64,000 bases of DNA from Sedimentisphaerales bacterium (GTDB taxonomy: Bacteria > Planctomycetota > Phycisphaerae > Sedimentisphaerales > SM23-30): the NCBI GenBank assembly GCA_963663965.2, contig CAXXFK010000033.1:32001-96000 (forward strand), given 5' to 3'. The notes under the pieces were generated by a model that ran no database searches, had not been told where the DNA came from, and saw only the letters and a program-made list of their open reading frames with translations. The translations under genes and the position numbers were made by a program. This document shows, piece after piece, positions 8,946 through 20,408 of the stretch. Every line of letters begins with the position of its first letter. Positions within the stretch are counted from its first letter, which is position 1.

Positions 8946-10931
8946 TTACCTAATATTTATATTATCAATCCAAACACAATCAGAACCAGAGGTTCCAGAA
9001 CTGTCTTTCATGTATACCCACATTAAAGACTGTATGCCGTCTCCTAAATTAAATTCAACATCACCCCAATTTTGTTCGCCAGACCAATAACCTTTGAGGC
9101 TCCCGTCAATAAAAAACAATAAATTATCACTGTTTATTTCACATGATGTTTTCCTTGCAAATGACACTGTGTTGTAATTATCAGTACAAACAATTAATTC
9201 TAACGAGCAAGATTGACTATCAGATATATTTCCTGATTTAAGACAATATATACCATCATTAGGATATTCCCTTACAACAAACCAAAGTTTTTCACCTTCA
9301 GTAATCCACATATTGGTTGAATTGCTAAGATTTGAATACTCAAAACTGTCATATATAGGAAAATTTAATAGCCAATTATTCGACAAAATGTCAAAGTCAT
9401 TAAAATCAATATTAATTCCTTCAATCAAATTAAAATCAGGGTTTTCTAATAACCAACTCTCGGCTATATTACTCAACTCAATGATATTTACTATTCCATC
9501 ATTGTTCATGTCTGGAAAAACATCATTGTCGATTATATTAGCAATTATTTTTCGCGAAGCTATTCCATTGCCTTTAAATTCTAAGTTAACAACACTGTTT
9601 TTACAATCATTATCTTCAATTGCATAGACATGAATAATTTGTGGTATTTCAAAATTGTCGGGAGTAAATGTTATTAAATTGGGTTCAAGAGCTAAACTTA
9701 CGTCATTATAATCAATATTGATTTTAGACAATACCAATGGTTGCTTTGCTAATGAAATATTAATTTTTTGTGTTCCTCCTTCGACAATATCAAAAGCATC
9801 ATTATCAGAAATAATATTTATTGGTTCCCAAGTTAGCCAAGGATAACCCTTACCATTCGAAATATTCCAAATATCATCGTTGCCATTAATTCCTTCATTA
9901 ATGAAATCCCACCCTGATAATTGATAAGTTAAAATGTTATACATTTCAACCGTTGTTTTACCTTTGCCCCCTACACTAACAGATATCATTGAAGTTTCTA
10001 TGTCCCAAAAACTGTTCTCAATAATATGATTATAACTATGTCCACACAAGCCTCCATGATGAGATCCACCATTTACTTGACCAGCCGAAAAAGAATTTTT
10101 TATATGGCTTGAATAATTATAACCACATAAACCTCCCACATAATCCCCGGTTCCAGAAACAGTGGCGATTGCATAACAGTTAGAAATAAGACCTTTATTT
10201 TTTCCGCAAAGCCCACCGAGTTTTCCTCCTCCAGTTACACTTCCTAATGCATAGCAAAATACGATATACCCATCATCGTTTGAGCCACACAATCCCCCAA
10301 TATGGGCAATTCCTGAAAGAATGAAATCTGCACTTGAATTTGATATATTACCTGTATTGTATCCACATAAACCTCCAATATATTCAGAATAATCGCCAAT
10401 TGCTTTAATTGTCCCTTTGGCAGAACAATTAGAAATCAATCCATTTTCATTTTCGCCGCACAAACTGCCAAGCTTGAATGAGTAACCATTTCCGCTGATT
10501 GCTACATTATTTAATGTGAGGTTAGAAACAACAGCATTATTTCCATTGATCTTTCCAAATAATGCCAAAAAATCATTTTCTTCAGCAATTATATTCAAAT
10601 TAAATATTGTATAATAATTCCCGTCAAAAACTCCTGAAAAAGGGAACCCATTATATCCATCCCAATTAGAATTATTATTATCTCTGGCAATTACGGCATC
10701 ATTGTAAGTTCGTCCAATTAGATCAATATTACACATCAGTTTTGTGTGAACATTTTCTTCCCACAATGATGCATTTTCCGCAAATTCATCAAAGTCATTT
10801 ATATCTTCAATCAAATATGGATAATCATCCGAACCATCTGTAAGTGGCTCAGTAACTCGTCCCATATCTCCATTTACACAAAAAGCCAAACTGCATAAGA
10901 AACATACAATCAAAAAAATTCGCCTAACCAT
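8946..10931 (-). CDS. Secreted GLUG-motif protein with a dockerin-like segment
   Basis: Signal peptide; repeated GGLCGxN motifs; FSGVFDGN; PDMNNDGIVN; AT-rich. Confidence 0.85.
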   Translation of the reverse strand: MVRRIFLIVCFLCSLAFCVNGDMGRVTEPLTDGSDDYPYLIEDINDFDEFAENASLWEENVHTKLMCNIDLIGRTYNDAVIARDNNNSNWDGYNGFPFSGVFDGNYYTIFNLNIIAEENDFLALFGKINGNNAVVSNLTLNNVAISGNGYSFKLGSLCGENENGLISNCSAKGTIKAIGDYSEYIGGLCGYNTGNISNSSADFILSGIAHIGGLCGSNDDGYIVFCYALGSVTGGGKLGGLCGKNKGLISNCYAIATVSGTGDYVGGLCGYNYSSHIKNSFSAGQVNGGSHHGGLCGHSYNHIIENSFWDIETSMISVSVGGKGKTTVEMYNILTYQLSGWDFINEGINGNDDIWNISNGKGYPWLTWEPINIISDNDAFDIVEGGTQKINISLAKQPLVLSKINIDYNDVSLALEPNLITFTPDNFEIPQIIHVYAIEDNDCKNSVVNLEFKGNGIASRKIIANIIDNDVFPDMNNDGIVNIIELSNIAESWLLENPDFNLIEGINIDFNDFDILSNNWLLNFPIYDSFEYSNLSNSTNMWITEGEKLWFVVREYPNDGIYCLKSGNISDSQSCSLELIVCTDNYNTVSFARKTSCEINSDNLLFFIDGSLKGYWSGEQNWGDVEFNLGDGIQSLMWVYMKDSSGTSGSDCVWIDNINIR

Positions 10932-11543
10932 AATAATATAGACTCCATACTCAAAATTTAAATGAATTAAGAATCTTAAAATCTATTTATCCCTACAACA
11001 TTATTTACTAATTTAAATAGTAGCATATTACATGAATGTATGTCAATAGTTTTTTATAATGGGTATCTTTGTTTTAAGGTCTTTATAAAACACAGTGTAT
11101 ATTATTTTGTTGACAACTCCTAAAATCAACATAAATCTCTAGATGATAAACCATTAAGAATAAACCAGCCGAATTTTTCCCTGAAACTAATCTGTCATAA
11201 AAACATAAATGGGAAAATATTATGTTAAATACAATAAAAACAAAATATTTAATTTGATTTTAATTGCAACACGGTCTATAATCCCAAAGTCGACCCAATA
11301 GCCCTTAAACATCCCGCCTGAACCAGGCGTGCCCCGCCCCAACCGTCCACGCCCGCAGAGACATTCTGCGCATAAACTGTGCCACCATCAAGCTTAGCTT
11401 ATGGGTGTATGCATGGCCCAGTGCTATCTGATGCGAACCAGACCCAACCAGCCAATTTATTTTGGCTGTTAATAAGTTACGAATGAAATGGAAACCAACA
11501 AAAACAACACAACCCGGCAACCCAACCATAAAAGGCTTAAAAA

Positions 11544-12760
11544 CGTAGCATGGGCTTCCAGCCCATGTCTATTGTTCTCCATAGATAATGGGCAACCCCC
11601 GGTTGCCCATGCCGCAGGTCCGCCGTGGCGGGCTGGTCTAACCACCATGAGCGCAGCGAATACCAACAAAAAACGAAACGAACCCAATGACAAAAAAAAT
11701 GATCATAACAATATCAATATCAAACACTTATATCGATATGGGTGCCACCTTCAAGCGCAGCTTGTGGGTGGATTCGTCGCCTTGTGAACTCCAATGTGAA
11801 TTGAGCTTATCGACAATAAAAACAACATCCGCCTCAAGGCGGATTCAAATAATATCTCGAAGAGATCAAAAGCGCATAGCCCGCCAATTCATTGGCGGGA
11901 ATACCCGAACCCGAAACGTATATTTTTTAACCCACGCCTCGCAGAGGCGTACCGCCAGGATTTCGCACCGGAGGCGAAAGATAACGTAGCATGGGCAACC
12001 CCCGGTTGCCCATGCTGGTCTAATTAACATGAGCGCAGCGAATACCAACATAAAACGAAACGAACCCAACATAAAAAAATATCGCCCTAACCTGAGCAAT
12101 AACAGGAGGATAACGAGTCCCCTGGGTGCCCCCTTCAAGCGCAGCTTATGGGTGGATTCGTCGCCTTGTGAACTCCAATGTGAACTGAGCTTATCAACAA
12201 TAAAAACAACATCCGCCTCAAGGCGGATTCAAATAATATCTCGAAGAGATCAAAAGCGCATAGCCCGCCAATTCATTGGCGGGAATACCCGAACCCGAAA
12301 CGTATATTTTTTAAACCACGCCTCGTAGAGGCGTACCGGCAGGATTTCGCACCGGAGGCGAAAGATAAAACCAACCATGAGCATAGCGAATACCAACAGA
12401 AAACGAAACGAACCCAACGATAAAAATAATAACCCTAACCTCAACAAAGAATTGAGCTTATCCATAATAAAAAACATCATCCGCCTCAAGGCGGATACAA
12501 ATAATATCTCGGAGAGATCAAATGTAAATAGCCCCCCAATTCATTGGGGGGGATAGACGAACCAACGTTTAAAAAATTAAACCCACGCCTCGTAGAGGCG
12601 CTACCGCCAGGATATCTCGCATAAGAGATAGGTAAAACAACATGAGCGCAGCGAATACCGAAACGAAACGAACCCAATATGAAAAAATATCACTCTAACC
12701 CCAACATAAAAATGAACTTAACCAAAATAAAATCATCCGCCTTGGGGCGAATACCACAAT
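11544..12760 (+). repeat. Tandem composite array of REP-like hairpins (4 anchors; units of about 382, 348 and 265 bp)
   Basis: CATGAGCGCAGCGAATACC...AAACGAAACGAACCCAA at 11646, 12028, 12376 and 12641; repeated hairpins ATCCGCCTCAAGGCGGAT, CCCGCCAATTCATTGGCGGG and ACGCCTCG(C/T)AGAGGCGT. Confidence 0.9.
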
Positions 12761-12810
12761 TTTGCATTTTAAATTCTAAATTTTAAATTTCTAAAACAGG
12801 AGGTACCACA

Positions 12811-13650
12811 ATGTCATCGTCACTAAGAAGACTACGCGCCAACCGTCGCAACGCCCAGAAATCCACCGGCCCAAAAACCCCCGAAGGCAAGGCCATCTCA
12901 TCCAAAAACGCCATCAAACACGGCCTCAGCGGCCAGGACCCCGCCCATCTCATTGTTCCCGGCGAGTCCGAACTCACCTACCTCGAATTCCGCGCCGCAC
13001 TGCTGCAAGATCTCAAACCAACGACTTATCTCCAGCGCCACATCGCCGACCAGATCGTCTCGGCCGCCTGGCGTCTCGAACGACTCGGCCGCATCGAAGC
13101 CGAAATGGTCGACGCCCGCGTCTACCAACTCCGGCTCACCAACGAAGAAATCCGCAAAGACACCGTCATCGACCAGCCCTTCGCCCATTCGAGTATCTAT
13201 CTCCCACGTCACAACGAGGTTGGCACTGCCTTCACCCTCGAAGTCCCCGCCTTCAACTGCCTGGCCCGCTACGAAGCTCACCTCAATCGTACCTTCCAGG
13301 CCAATCTTAAGCTCCTCCAGCAACTTCAATTAGAACAAAAACCAAACGAACCCAACACCTACCCCCCGGAGTACCCATTTCCCGGCCTGCCCCGCGTCCA
13401 CATACCCGACCCGCCCAAAATCCCCACGCACCCCAGCGAAGCCAAACTCGCCCCCGAATATATCAAAGACCGCCTGCCCGAAATGGAAAACGACCACAGC
13501 ATAACTGATGAACAGGTCTTCAGTTACGTCTGTAACCGCTTCGAAGCCCTCACCGATTTCGCCAACCAGAACGGCGAAGAAGCCCTCCACGCCCTCGGCA
13601 TCCCCACCAAACCCCCGGCCGATATCCCCATCAAGGAGGATAAGAAATAA
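12811..13650 (+). CDS. Uncharacterised protein with an N-terminal NAQKSTGPKTxEGK...KHG motif (HGGxSTG-related)
   Basis: AGGAGG RBS; RRLRANRRNAQKSTGPKTPEGKAISSKNAIKHG; helical core with WRLER and LARYE. Confidence 0.8.
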   Translation: MSSSLRRLRANRRNAQKSTGPKTPEGKAISSKNAIKHGLSGQDPAHLIVPGESELTYLEFRAALLQDLKPTTYLQRHIADQIVSAAWRLERLGRIEAEMVDARVYQLRLTNEEIRKDTVIDQPFAHSSIYLPRHNEVGTAFTLEVPAFNCLARYEAHLNRTFQANLKLLQQLQLEQKPNEPNTYPPEYPFPGLPRVHIPDPPKIPTHPSEAKLAPEYIKDRLPEMENDHSITDEQVFSYVCNRFEALTDFANQNGEEALHALGIPTKPPADIPIKEDKK

Positions 13651-13753
13651 GGTAACCTCAGCCACCACAGATTGTTGAACAGGCCGGGCGAATTGATCCG
13701 CAAAGTCAATTCGCGCACCCAATCCACACCCGGACTCTTCACATTATATGGCT

Positions 13754-15736
13754 TTAATAATATAAGCGTAACAGCCTGACGCCATACTCCGGCAGGGTAA
13801 CCTGGTAAGTCGACTTAATTTCCGACCGCGCCAGATCCTTCTGCCGCCATGGATCGCGTATCCGCCGCGGCGTTTCCAGATCGACCTCGGACCATGGCAA
13901 AGAGACCTCCAGCGCTTCATAACCCTGGAGATTGAATATGCCAATCGCCTTTGAGCCATCCTGTAGCGGCTTGATCATCACAAAATGCTTTACATCCTGC
14001 CGCACAATCTTACCCTGGACCCCAAGCGGATCCTGATCGATATCGATCACTTCCGCGTTGCACAGGATATTCAAGGTAAAGTCATCCAGTTTGGTCATAT
14101 CCCCCGAAAAAATCAGCGGCGCGGCCATCAGGCACCACATCGACATATACTGATATTGCTGATCCGGCGATAAATGAGTCGGCTTGCCTTCTCCCATCCC
14201 ATGCGCGTTGCCAACCCAGCCAATCAGAATATAATCCGGATCGTTCCAGTGTCCCGGCCCGGCGTATTGGTCATGACGCGCGTTGGATAACCCGATATCC
14301 ATAAACGAACTCGACAGCCCCAAATCACCCGTAGTTCGCCAGCAGTTGCCGTTCACCGACTCACCCCATTCCCAGACACTGTCCATCCCATACTGGCAGA
14401 GGTTATACACAATATCGCGATCCAGGTTCTTGAGTATCTCGCCCATCAGCGCGTAGGGTTTCACATATTCGTACCGGCTCTTGCCCCTGGCGTAACGGCC
14501 ATATGAACACCAGTCATACTTCAGAAAATCGAATCCCCACTCCGCAAACTGCTGGGCGTCGAGTTGTTCATGACCATAACTCCCCGTATAACCCGCGCAA
14601 TTCCACGGCCCCGGCGAGGTATAAATCCCGGCCCGCAGCCCCTTGCTGTGGATATAGTCTGTCAAAGCGCGCATATCCGGGAATTTCGTACTCGGCAAAA
14701 TCCGGCCGCAGTCATCCCGATAAGGCTCATCCTGGTTCTTCTTGGACCAGCAGTCATCGATATTCACATACATATAACCATAATCAGCCATCCCTGTATC
14801 GATCATCTGATCGGCAGAAGCGCGCATATCAGCGTCGGTAATGCGGTTATAATGAATGTACCAGTCATTCCAGCCCATCGGCGGCGTCAGCGCCAGGGTA
14901 TCGCCCACCATAAGATTAAGCGGCCGCCGATCGGTCCCTTGTTCATTCTTCGCGGTCAGCACGACAGGATATTCACCCCGTTCCGCCGGTGAATTGCCGG
15001 TAATAATCCCCGTTTTTGCATCGAGCTTTAAGGATGGCGGCAATTGCTCCGCGCCAAATTGCATCGGACGGTTACCCGTGGCTGGAATGCGATAGATAAA
15101 TGGATTCCCCGGCCGTGCGCCAAAGACCAGCGGACCATTGATTTTAGGTGACGGTCCCGGCTTCGGTGTCAGAATATATGGCTCCGGATGTACCGGATCA
15201 ATCGCAACCGGCGGCTTTCCGTTATAGTCGATCCGGGCCATCGCCCAATTGGCATGGTCGTAATCAATCCCATCATCCGCTCCTGTGGCGATCAGCCGCA
15301 GCGTTTTGATCCCGGTCAGATCAAGGTCAATGCTTTGGGCCGGATCCGAGCCTTTAATCGTTCCACTTTCAAACAGCTTGTGTTTATCTCCAATGACAAT
15401 AAATACCACAGAACCCCGCCCTGCTGTTTCACTGTCGACTCCAACAATCGCCTTGAACCGGCTTGCCTTGCCATCGAGTTGTAATGTCCATTCGCTGTGG
15501 GCATGTGAGCCAATCCCGTGTTCATAAACCTGACCGCCCAGCGTCAATGGCTTGTCCTGAATTGATCGCTTGGCGATGGGGGCGCCCCATCCGGCCGTCA
15601 TCTTGTCCAGCTTCAGTTCATCCAGCCACTGACTCTTAGATGATGCCGCCGATAGCTGTCCCTGTCCGGCAAAGATACTTAAACAAGCGATCAAGCCAAA
15701 ATAAACGAATGAAAATCCCTGTCGATTGCAACGCAT
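13754..15736 (-). CDS. Alpha-galactosidase GH27 with NPCBM and putative Ig domains
   Basis: TPPMGWNDW, YVNIDDCW, DFLKYDWC, WRTTGD and WNDPD motifs; N-terminal NPCBM (GIGSHAHS, DHANWA). Confidence 0.92.
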   Translation of the reverse strand: MRCNRQGFSFVYFGLIACLSIFAGQGQLSAASSKSQWLDELKLDKMTAGWGAPIAKRSIQDKPLTLGGQVYEHGIGSHAHSEWTLQLDGKASRFKAIVGVDSETAGRGSVVFIVIGDKHKLFESGTIKGSDPAQSIDLDLTGIKTLRLIATGADDGIDYDHANWAMARIDYNGKPPVAIDPVHPEPYILTPKPGPSPKINGPLVFGARPGNPFIYRIPATGNRPMQFGAEQLPPSLKLDAKTGIITGNSPAERGEYPVVLTAKNEQGTDRRPLNLMVGDTLALTPPMGWNDWYIHYNRITDADMRASADQMIDTGMADYGYMYVNIDDCWSKKNQDEPYRDDCGRILPSTKFPDMRALTDYIHSKGLRAGIYTSPGPWNCAGYTGSYGHEQLDAQQFAEWGFDFLKYDWCSYGRYARGKSRYEYVKPYALMGEILKNLDRDIVYNLCQYGMDSVWEWGESVNGNCWRTTGDLGLSSSFMDIGLSNARHDQYAGPGHWNDPDYILIGWVGNAHGMGEGKPTHLSPDQQYQYMSMWCLMAAPLIFSGDMTKLDDFTLNILCNAEVIDIDQDPLGVQGKIVRQDVKHFVMIKPLQDGSKAIGIFNLQGYEALEVSLPWSEVDLETPRRIRDPWRQKDLARSEIKSTYQVTLPEYGVRLLRLYY

Positions 15737-15995
15737 AATATCACTCCCTGGTAAGTAAGTATGGTTTTGACACACGGTTACGTTGTCCCCTCAATAAGAA
15801 CCGCATTATAGCCCTTCATACTCGGATTTTACAATAATATTGTAAACTAACTTACCATTATCCATCATTATCATACCTATCTCTATTTTCCTGACCACCC
15901 ATTAGACTTATAGTGGATAAGTAATAGATCATTCCGGATAGCGTTTTTACATTATCATTAAATTAAACCAAATTTCCATTAACAGGAGCTTTAAC

Positions 15996-17351
15996 GTGAA
16001 AGGCAATAATATTCTGGCGAACTATGGTAACTGGATGATTTCAATAGTATTTATATCTACGATCAGTATCATGTTTTCCGGTTCAACCACTGTTTGGTCC
16101 CAGGAAAATAATACCTCAGCTGCCGCAGAAACAAGTCATTCCCTCCGCATCCCGGCCTATACCGCTTATACCTTACCCAATCCCGATGGCGCCAGAATTT
16201 CACAGCAACGAGGCATCACCAACTGGACCGATCCGGAATTATCCGTGAACTGGTATGGCCTGTTTAAACAGGCTGGAACCATTTCAGCAAAAGTAGATTT
16301 AAAACTCCCCGAAGGAGCATCCGCATCCTATAGCCTGACCGTCGCCGGCCAGACCCATTCCGCTCAAGCCGTTGGCGTCGCTGATAATGCGCTGGTAACA
16401 GCCGATTTTGGTAAATTCCAGATTAATCAGCCTGGCTATCAGCAGTTTATGCTTTTATGCCTTAATAAACCGGATCAGCCATTCGGTAATATTGATACGC
16501 TTATTCTGGATGGACCGGCTCTGGAAGGAGCCCATTTTAATCTCAAAGAACGACGAAACGCCGCCTCGGTCCATTTAAGTTATCAGGTGCCGGAAAATAC
16601 CAATATCGAAGCTTTTTATTGCGAAGTCACCGCCGTCGAAGACCCGGTCTGCACTTTTTACATGGCCTGTGGCTGGCATCGTGGTTATTTCGGCATGCAG
16701 GTTAACAGCCCCACTGAACGCAGGATTATCTTCAGTGTCTGGGACAGCGGCGGCGAAGCCGTTGATCGTGGCAAAGTGTCTGATGAAAATCGCGTTATCC
16801 TCCTGGACAAAGGCGACGGTGTTTATTCCGGCGATTTTGGCAATGAAGGCACCGGCGGCCACAGCCACTTAAAATATATGTGGAAAACCGGCCAGATCCA
16901 GCGCTTTCTGGTAACCGCCGAACCGGTCAATGGCACCCATACCATCTTTTCCGGCTATTATTTCCATCCCGATTCCAGAAAATGGATGTTAATTTCATCC
17001 TGGAAAGCTCCCAAAGAAGGGGGCTATCTCAAGCGCCCGCATAGCTTTAGCGAAAATTTCTGGGGTTCCAGCGGCCATATTCAACGCAAAGCCCTTTACG
17101 GCAATCAATGGATTCGTACCGATCAAGGCAAGTGGATCGAAGTGACGACTGCTTCTTTCAGTCATGATCCCACCGGCCGCGAAGACCGGCTGGATCGCTT
17201 TATGGGGGTTGAAAACGGCCAGTTTTTCCTGAGCCATGGCGGTTTTATCGAAGGCTACACCAAATTTGGAGAAAAATTCAACCGTCCCGCTACTAAAATA
17301 CCGCCATCTGATATCATTCTACCCAAACCACGCAATTATGTTTCGCAATAA
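15996..17351 (+). CDS. Secreted DUF5077/DUF3472-domain protein
   Basis: RRNAASVHL, GYFGMQVNSPTERRIIFSVWD, FGNEGTGGHS and HSFSENF motifs. Confidence 0.8.
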   Translation: MKGNNILANYGNWMISIVFISTISIMFSGSTTVWSQENNTSAAAETSHSLRIPAYTAYTLPNPDGARISQQRGITNWTDPELSVNWYGLFKQAGTISAKVDLKLPEGASASYSLTVAGQTHSAQAVGVADNALVTADFGKFQINQPGYQQFMLLCLNKPDQPFGNIDTLILDGPALEGAHFNLKERRNAASVHLSYQVPENTNIEAFYCEVTAVEDPVCTFYMACGWHRGYFGMQVNSPTERRIIFSVWDSGGEAVDRGKVSDENRVILLDKGDGVYSGDFGNEGTGGHSHLKYMWKTGQIQRFLVTAEPVNGTHTIFSGYYFHPDSRKWMLISSWKAPKEGGYLKRPHSFSENFWGSSGHIQRKALYGNQWIRTDQGKWIEVTTASFSHDPTGREDRLDRFMGVENGQFFLSHGGFIEGYTKFGEKFNRPATKIPPSDIILPKPRNYVSQ

Positions 17352-17356
17352 AGCAT

Positions 17357-17393
17357 AAAAAAGCTCAAACGGGCATTCCTGTTTGAGCTTTTT
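17357..17393. terminator. Bidirectional intrinsic terminator
   Basis: AAAAAAGCTCAAAC-loop-GTTTGAGCTTTTT between convergent genes. Confidence 0.85.
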
Positions 17394-17414
17394 AACTTGT
17401 TATCTCTACTCGCT

Positions 17415-20012
17415 TTAAACTTTGAAACGGCCCATCAGTGAGCCGATCTGTTCTGCAATCGTAGACAAATCCTGTGCGCTTGTTTGTAATTGTGTGCTTG
17501 CCTTATTCATCTGGCCGGCGGTGGTACTGACACTGATAATTTCACGGGAAATTTCCTGGGATGCCGATGCCATTTGTGAAGCGCGACTTGCGGCATCCTG
17601 GACTCCATTGGATGCTTGTGTGATATTGCCGGCCACTTCACGGGTTACCGCTGACTGTTCCTCGATCGCAGAAGCAATGGTTGTCACGATTGAGTTGACA
17701 TCCTGAATAACCTGAACGATACTTTCGATATCCGAAACCGCATTTTCCGAGGCAGTTTGAATAGCCTCGATTCGTTTTTGAATGTCGTCCGTCGCACTAT
17801 TGGTTTGTTGAGCCAGAGTTTTGATTTCATTGGCTACTACCGCGAAGCCCTTGCCTGCTTCTCCAGCCCGGGCAGCCTCAATGGTAGCGTTCAGGGCCAG
17901 CAAATTAGTTTGATCGGAAATATCCATGATGGATTCGGTCACTTTACCGATTTCCTGTGCGGCGTTGCCCAGTTCACGCATCAAACTGGCAAATGCATCG
18001 GCCTTCTGAGCCGCCTGACCGGTTGTTGAACTGGCTTTTTCGGTATTACTGGCGATTTCACTGATTGTGGATGTCATTTCCTCCGTGGCTGAGGCTACCG
18101 AAGCCAGACTGGCTGTAGCTTGTTCCATACCTGCGGCTACCGAGGTCGTATTGGCGCTCATCTGTTCAGAAGCTGCGGCTACGGTATTTGATCGCTCACT
18201 GGATTCCCGGGCGCCAGTGGAGGTTTGTTCCGAAATTGTCAGGAGATCATTCGATGCCGCTCCCAGACGATTGGCGCTACCAGCCACATCCCGGATTAAA
18301 TTTTGGATTTTATCAACAAAGATATTAAACCAGCGGGCCATTTCGCCTACTTCATCCTGGCTCTTCACCTCCAGACGACGAGTCAGATCGCCTTCACCTT
18401 CGGCAATATCTTTAAGCATAACAGTCGCGCGCTTAATCGGACGGGTGATGACACCGGCTACACTGATCATGACTATGATGCCCACGATCGTTCCAATTAT
18501 CGAAATGCCAATCAAGCGTGTAATGGCCTGATTGGCCTGTTTGACCGACGCGTCAGCCATAAGAGTAATCTCTTCCATAGGAACACTGAGGAATACTGCC
18601 CAAGGTGTATTCGTTTGACCGATGGTAAATGGAACTATGGCCAGTAGATTACCTTCATCTTCTTCAACTAACGGCTGACCGGTTTGAATCGTTTTCAAAT
18701 TTTCTTCCCAGTCTTCATGTTTCGAACTCATGGGCTTACCTGACAGTTCAGGCATGTTACTGGCGGCTACAATCGTGCCATCATAAGCGATAACATCGAC
18801 ACTCGCCATGCCTCTGTATAACTCAGAACTGGTTTGATCGACTATTGTCTGAAAAACAGCCAGGTCCAGATCAACGGTGGTGATACCATAAAATTGATTG
18901 TCAGCGACAATCGGAGCCGATACCGTCGTCATTAAAACGTCATGTCCTTGTACTGGGTACACATAAGGATTAATAATCTGCTCGCGCAGATGCTTTTTAG
19001 GTAATAAATAATAATCACCATCGCCTTCCTGCTCGTAACCCATCAGGGGTTCCAGGGCTACCTGACCAGAGGAATCATGACACCAATATGGAATGAACCG
19101 GCCGGTCGCGTCATGTCCAGTAGTATTGGCGTATTGCTGATCCAGTCCGTCAAAGGCGTTGGGTTCCCAGCAGGTACAAATTCCCACAATATCGGGGTTA
19201 TCCAGAACAACTTGACGTAACATGTTATTAACATCCTGGCGGTTCATCGCAGTGAGCGAATGAATATTAATGCCAGAGCCGATAATCCAACCGTATTCGG
19301 GAACGACTTTGCCATAGGATAATTTTTTGGTAGGTTCTGTTTGTCCGGGTTCTGGCCATTTATAACAGATATAGCCTTCACCCTGTTCCTTACATTGTTC
19401 CTGCAACGCTTTGAAAAAATTCTGGCCGTTTCGATCCTTGCCAATCGCGCAGTTATAGCTGGGATTATCCGCCTTGGTGCCTTCTAGCTCCGGTTTGATG
19501 GGATGCATCACAATGTCCGGATACGGTTCGGATTGATCCACTATCCATAGATACCCTTTTCCATCGTCGAAACGAATATTGCGAATGGTATCCAGGGCAT
19601 GTTGGCGGGCTTCCTCTTGAGTCATTTTGCCGTCCGTGACTTTTTGGGCGTACTCTTTAATTTGATAAGCTGCGCTTTCGACGATCGATTTCAACCAGTT
19701 GTATTTATGGGCTTGCATGGCCAGTTCGGTATCGGTAATTGTCGATTCATTATTGCCTATGCCACTTTTGAGTACCTCAGCCAAAGTGCGGGCCATATCC
19801 ATCGGAGCGTCTATTCTCGATGTTATTGCGGAAGATTGCTCTTGCGCGGCTTTGAGTAAAAATTGTTCTGCAACCTGTATCGATTCCTGGTGTTGCGCTT
19901 TAGCTATGGATTTCATCTGAATGAAGGAGAGGGTACTGATGATCGCACCCAGTACAACCATGACCAATCCGGAACAAAAGGCGGTTTTAAAGAGAATAGA
20001 TTTGAATTTCAT
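17415..20012 (-). CDS. Methyl-accepting chemotaxis protein (Cache sensor domains, HAMP, MCP signal domain)
   Basis: Two TM helices; [45 protein letters not shown]. Confidence 0.95.
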   Translation of the reverse strand: MKFKSILFKTAFCSGLVMVVLGAIISTLSFIQMKSIAKAQHQESIQVAEQFLLKAAQEQSSAITSRIDAPMDMARTLAEVLKSGIGNNESTITDTELAMQAHKYNWLKSIVESAAYQIKEYAQKVTDGKMTQEEARQHALDTIRNIRFDDGKGYLWIVDQSEPYPDIVMHPIKPELEGTKADNPSYNCAIGKDRNGQNFFKALQEQCKEQGEGYICYKWPEPGQTEPTKKLSYGKVVPEYGWIIGSGINIHSLTAMNRQDVNNMLRQVVLDNPDIVGICTCWEPNAFDGLDQQYANTTGHDATGRFIPYWCHDSSGQVALEPLMGYEQEGDGDYYLLPKKHLREQIINPYVYPVQGHDVLMTTVSAPIVADNQFYGITTVDLDLAVFQTIVDQTSSELYRGMASVDVIAYDGTIVAASNMPELSGKPMSSKHEDWEENLKTIQTGQPLVEEDEGNLLAIVPFTIGQTNTPWAVFLSVPMEEITLMADASVKQANQAITRLIGISIIGTIVGIIVMISVAGVITRPIKRATVMLKDIAEGEGDLTRRLEVKSQDEVGEMARWFNIFVDKIQNLIRDVAGSANRLGAASNDLLTISEQTSTGARESSERSNTVAAASEQMSANTTSVAAGMEQATASLASVASATEEMTSTISEIASNTEKASSTTGQAAQKADAFASLMRELGNAAQEIGKVTESIMDISDQTNLLALNATIEAARAGEAGKGFAVVANEIKTLAQQTNSATDDIQKRIEAIQTASENAVSDIESIVQVIQDVNSIVTTIASAIEEQSAVTREVAGNITQASNGVQDAASRASQMASASQEISREIISVSTTAGQMNKASTQLQTSAQDLSTIAEQIGSLMGRFKV

Positions 20013-20408
20013 TTTGTTCTCACTTTCGAGTTAGCTGATTTTTAATCATGATCTTAATATTTCAGGTCGCGGTTTATTTTTTCTGGATTAAGATTGGTAT
20101 CAAGATATGTTCTATATGTCGAAAAAGTGATGTTGTTACTTAATTAGAGTCGTTAGCCAACCTGAAGTTATTAAAGTTAAGGAATACTTATGGGGAGAGA
20201 TATTAAAAATATATTACAATAAATCCATAAAAACCCCATAAATACATGGTATAGAATTGATTTCTTCAATAAGGAATGAGGTTAGGGTCTTTTGTGTTAG
20301 TATTTGATTTGGTTCGATTTTCGTAAGTTATGAGACCAGACGGATTAAAAACTGAAGAGATCGTAATTTAAATAAATGGGATTTCAGCATGCGAATATAA
20401 AGTTTGAT

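Noticed and set aside
11305..12677. Duplicated 60-100 aa ORFs in the hairpin array
   Set aside because: Frames are not preserved between units and the changes conserve base-pairing rather than codons.
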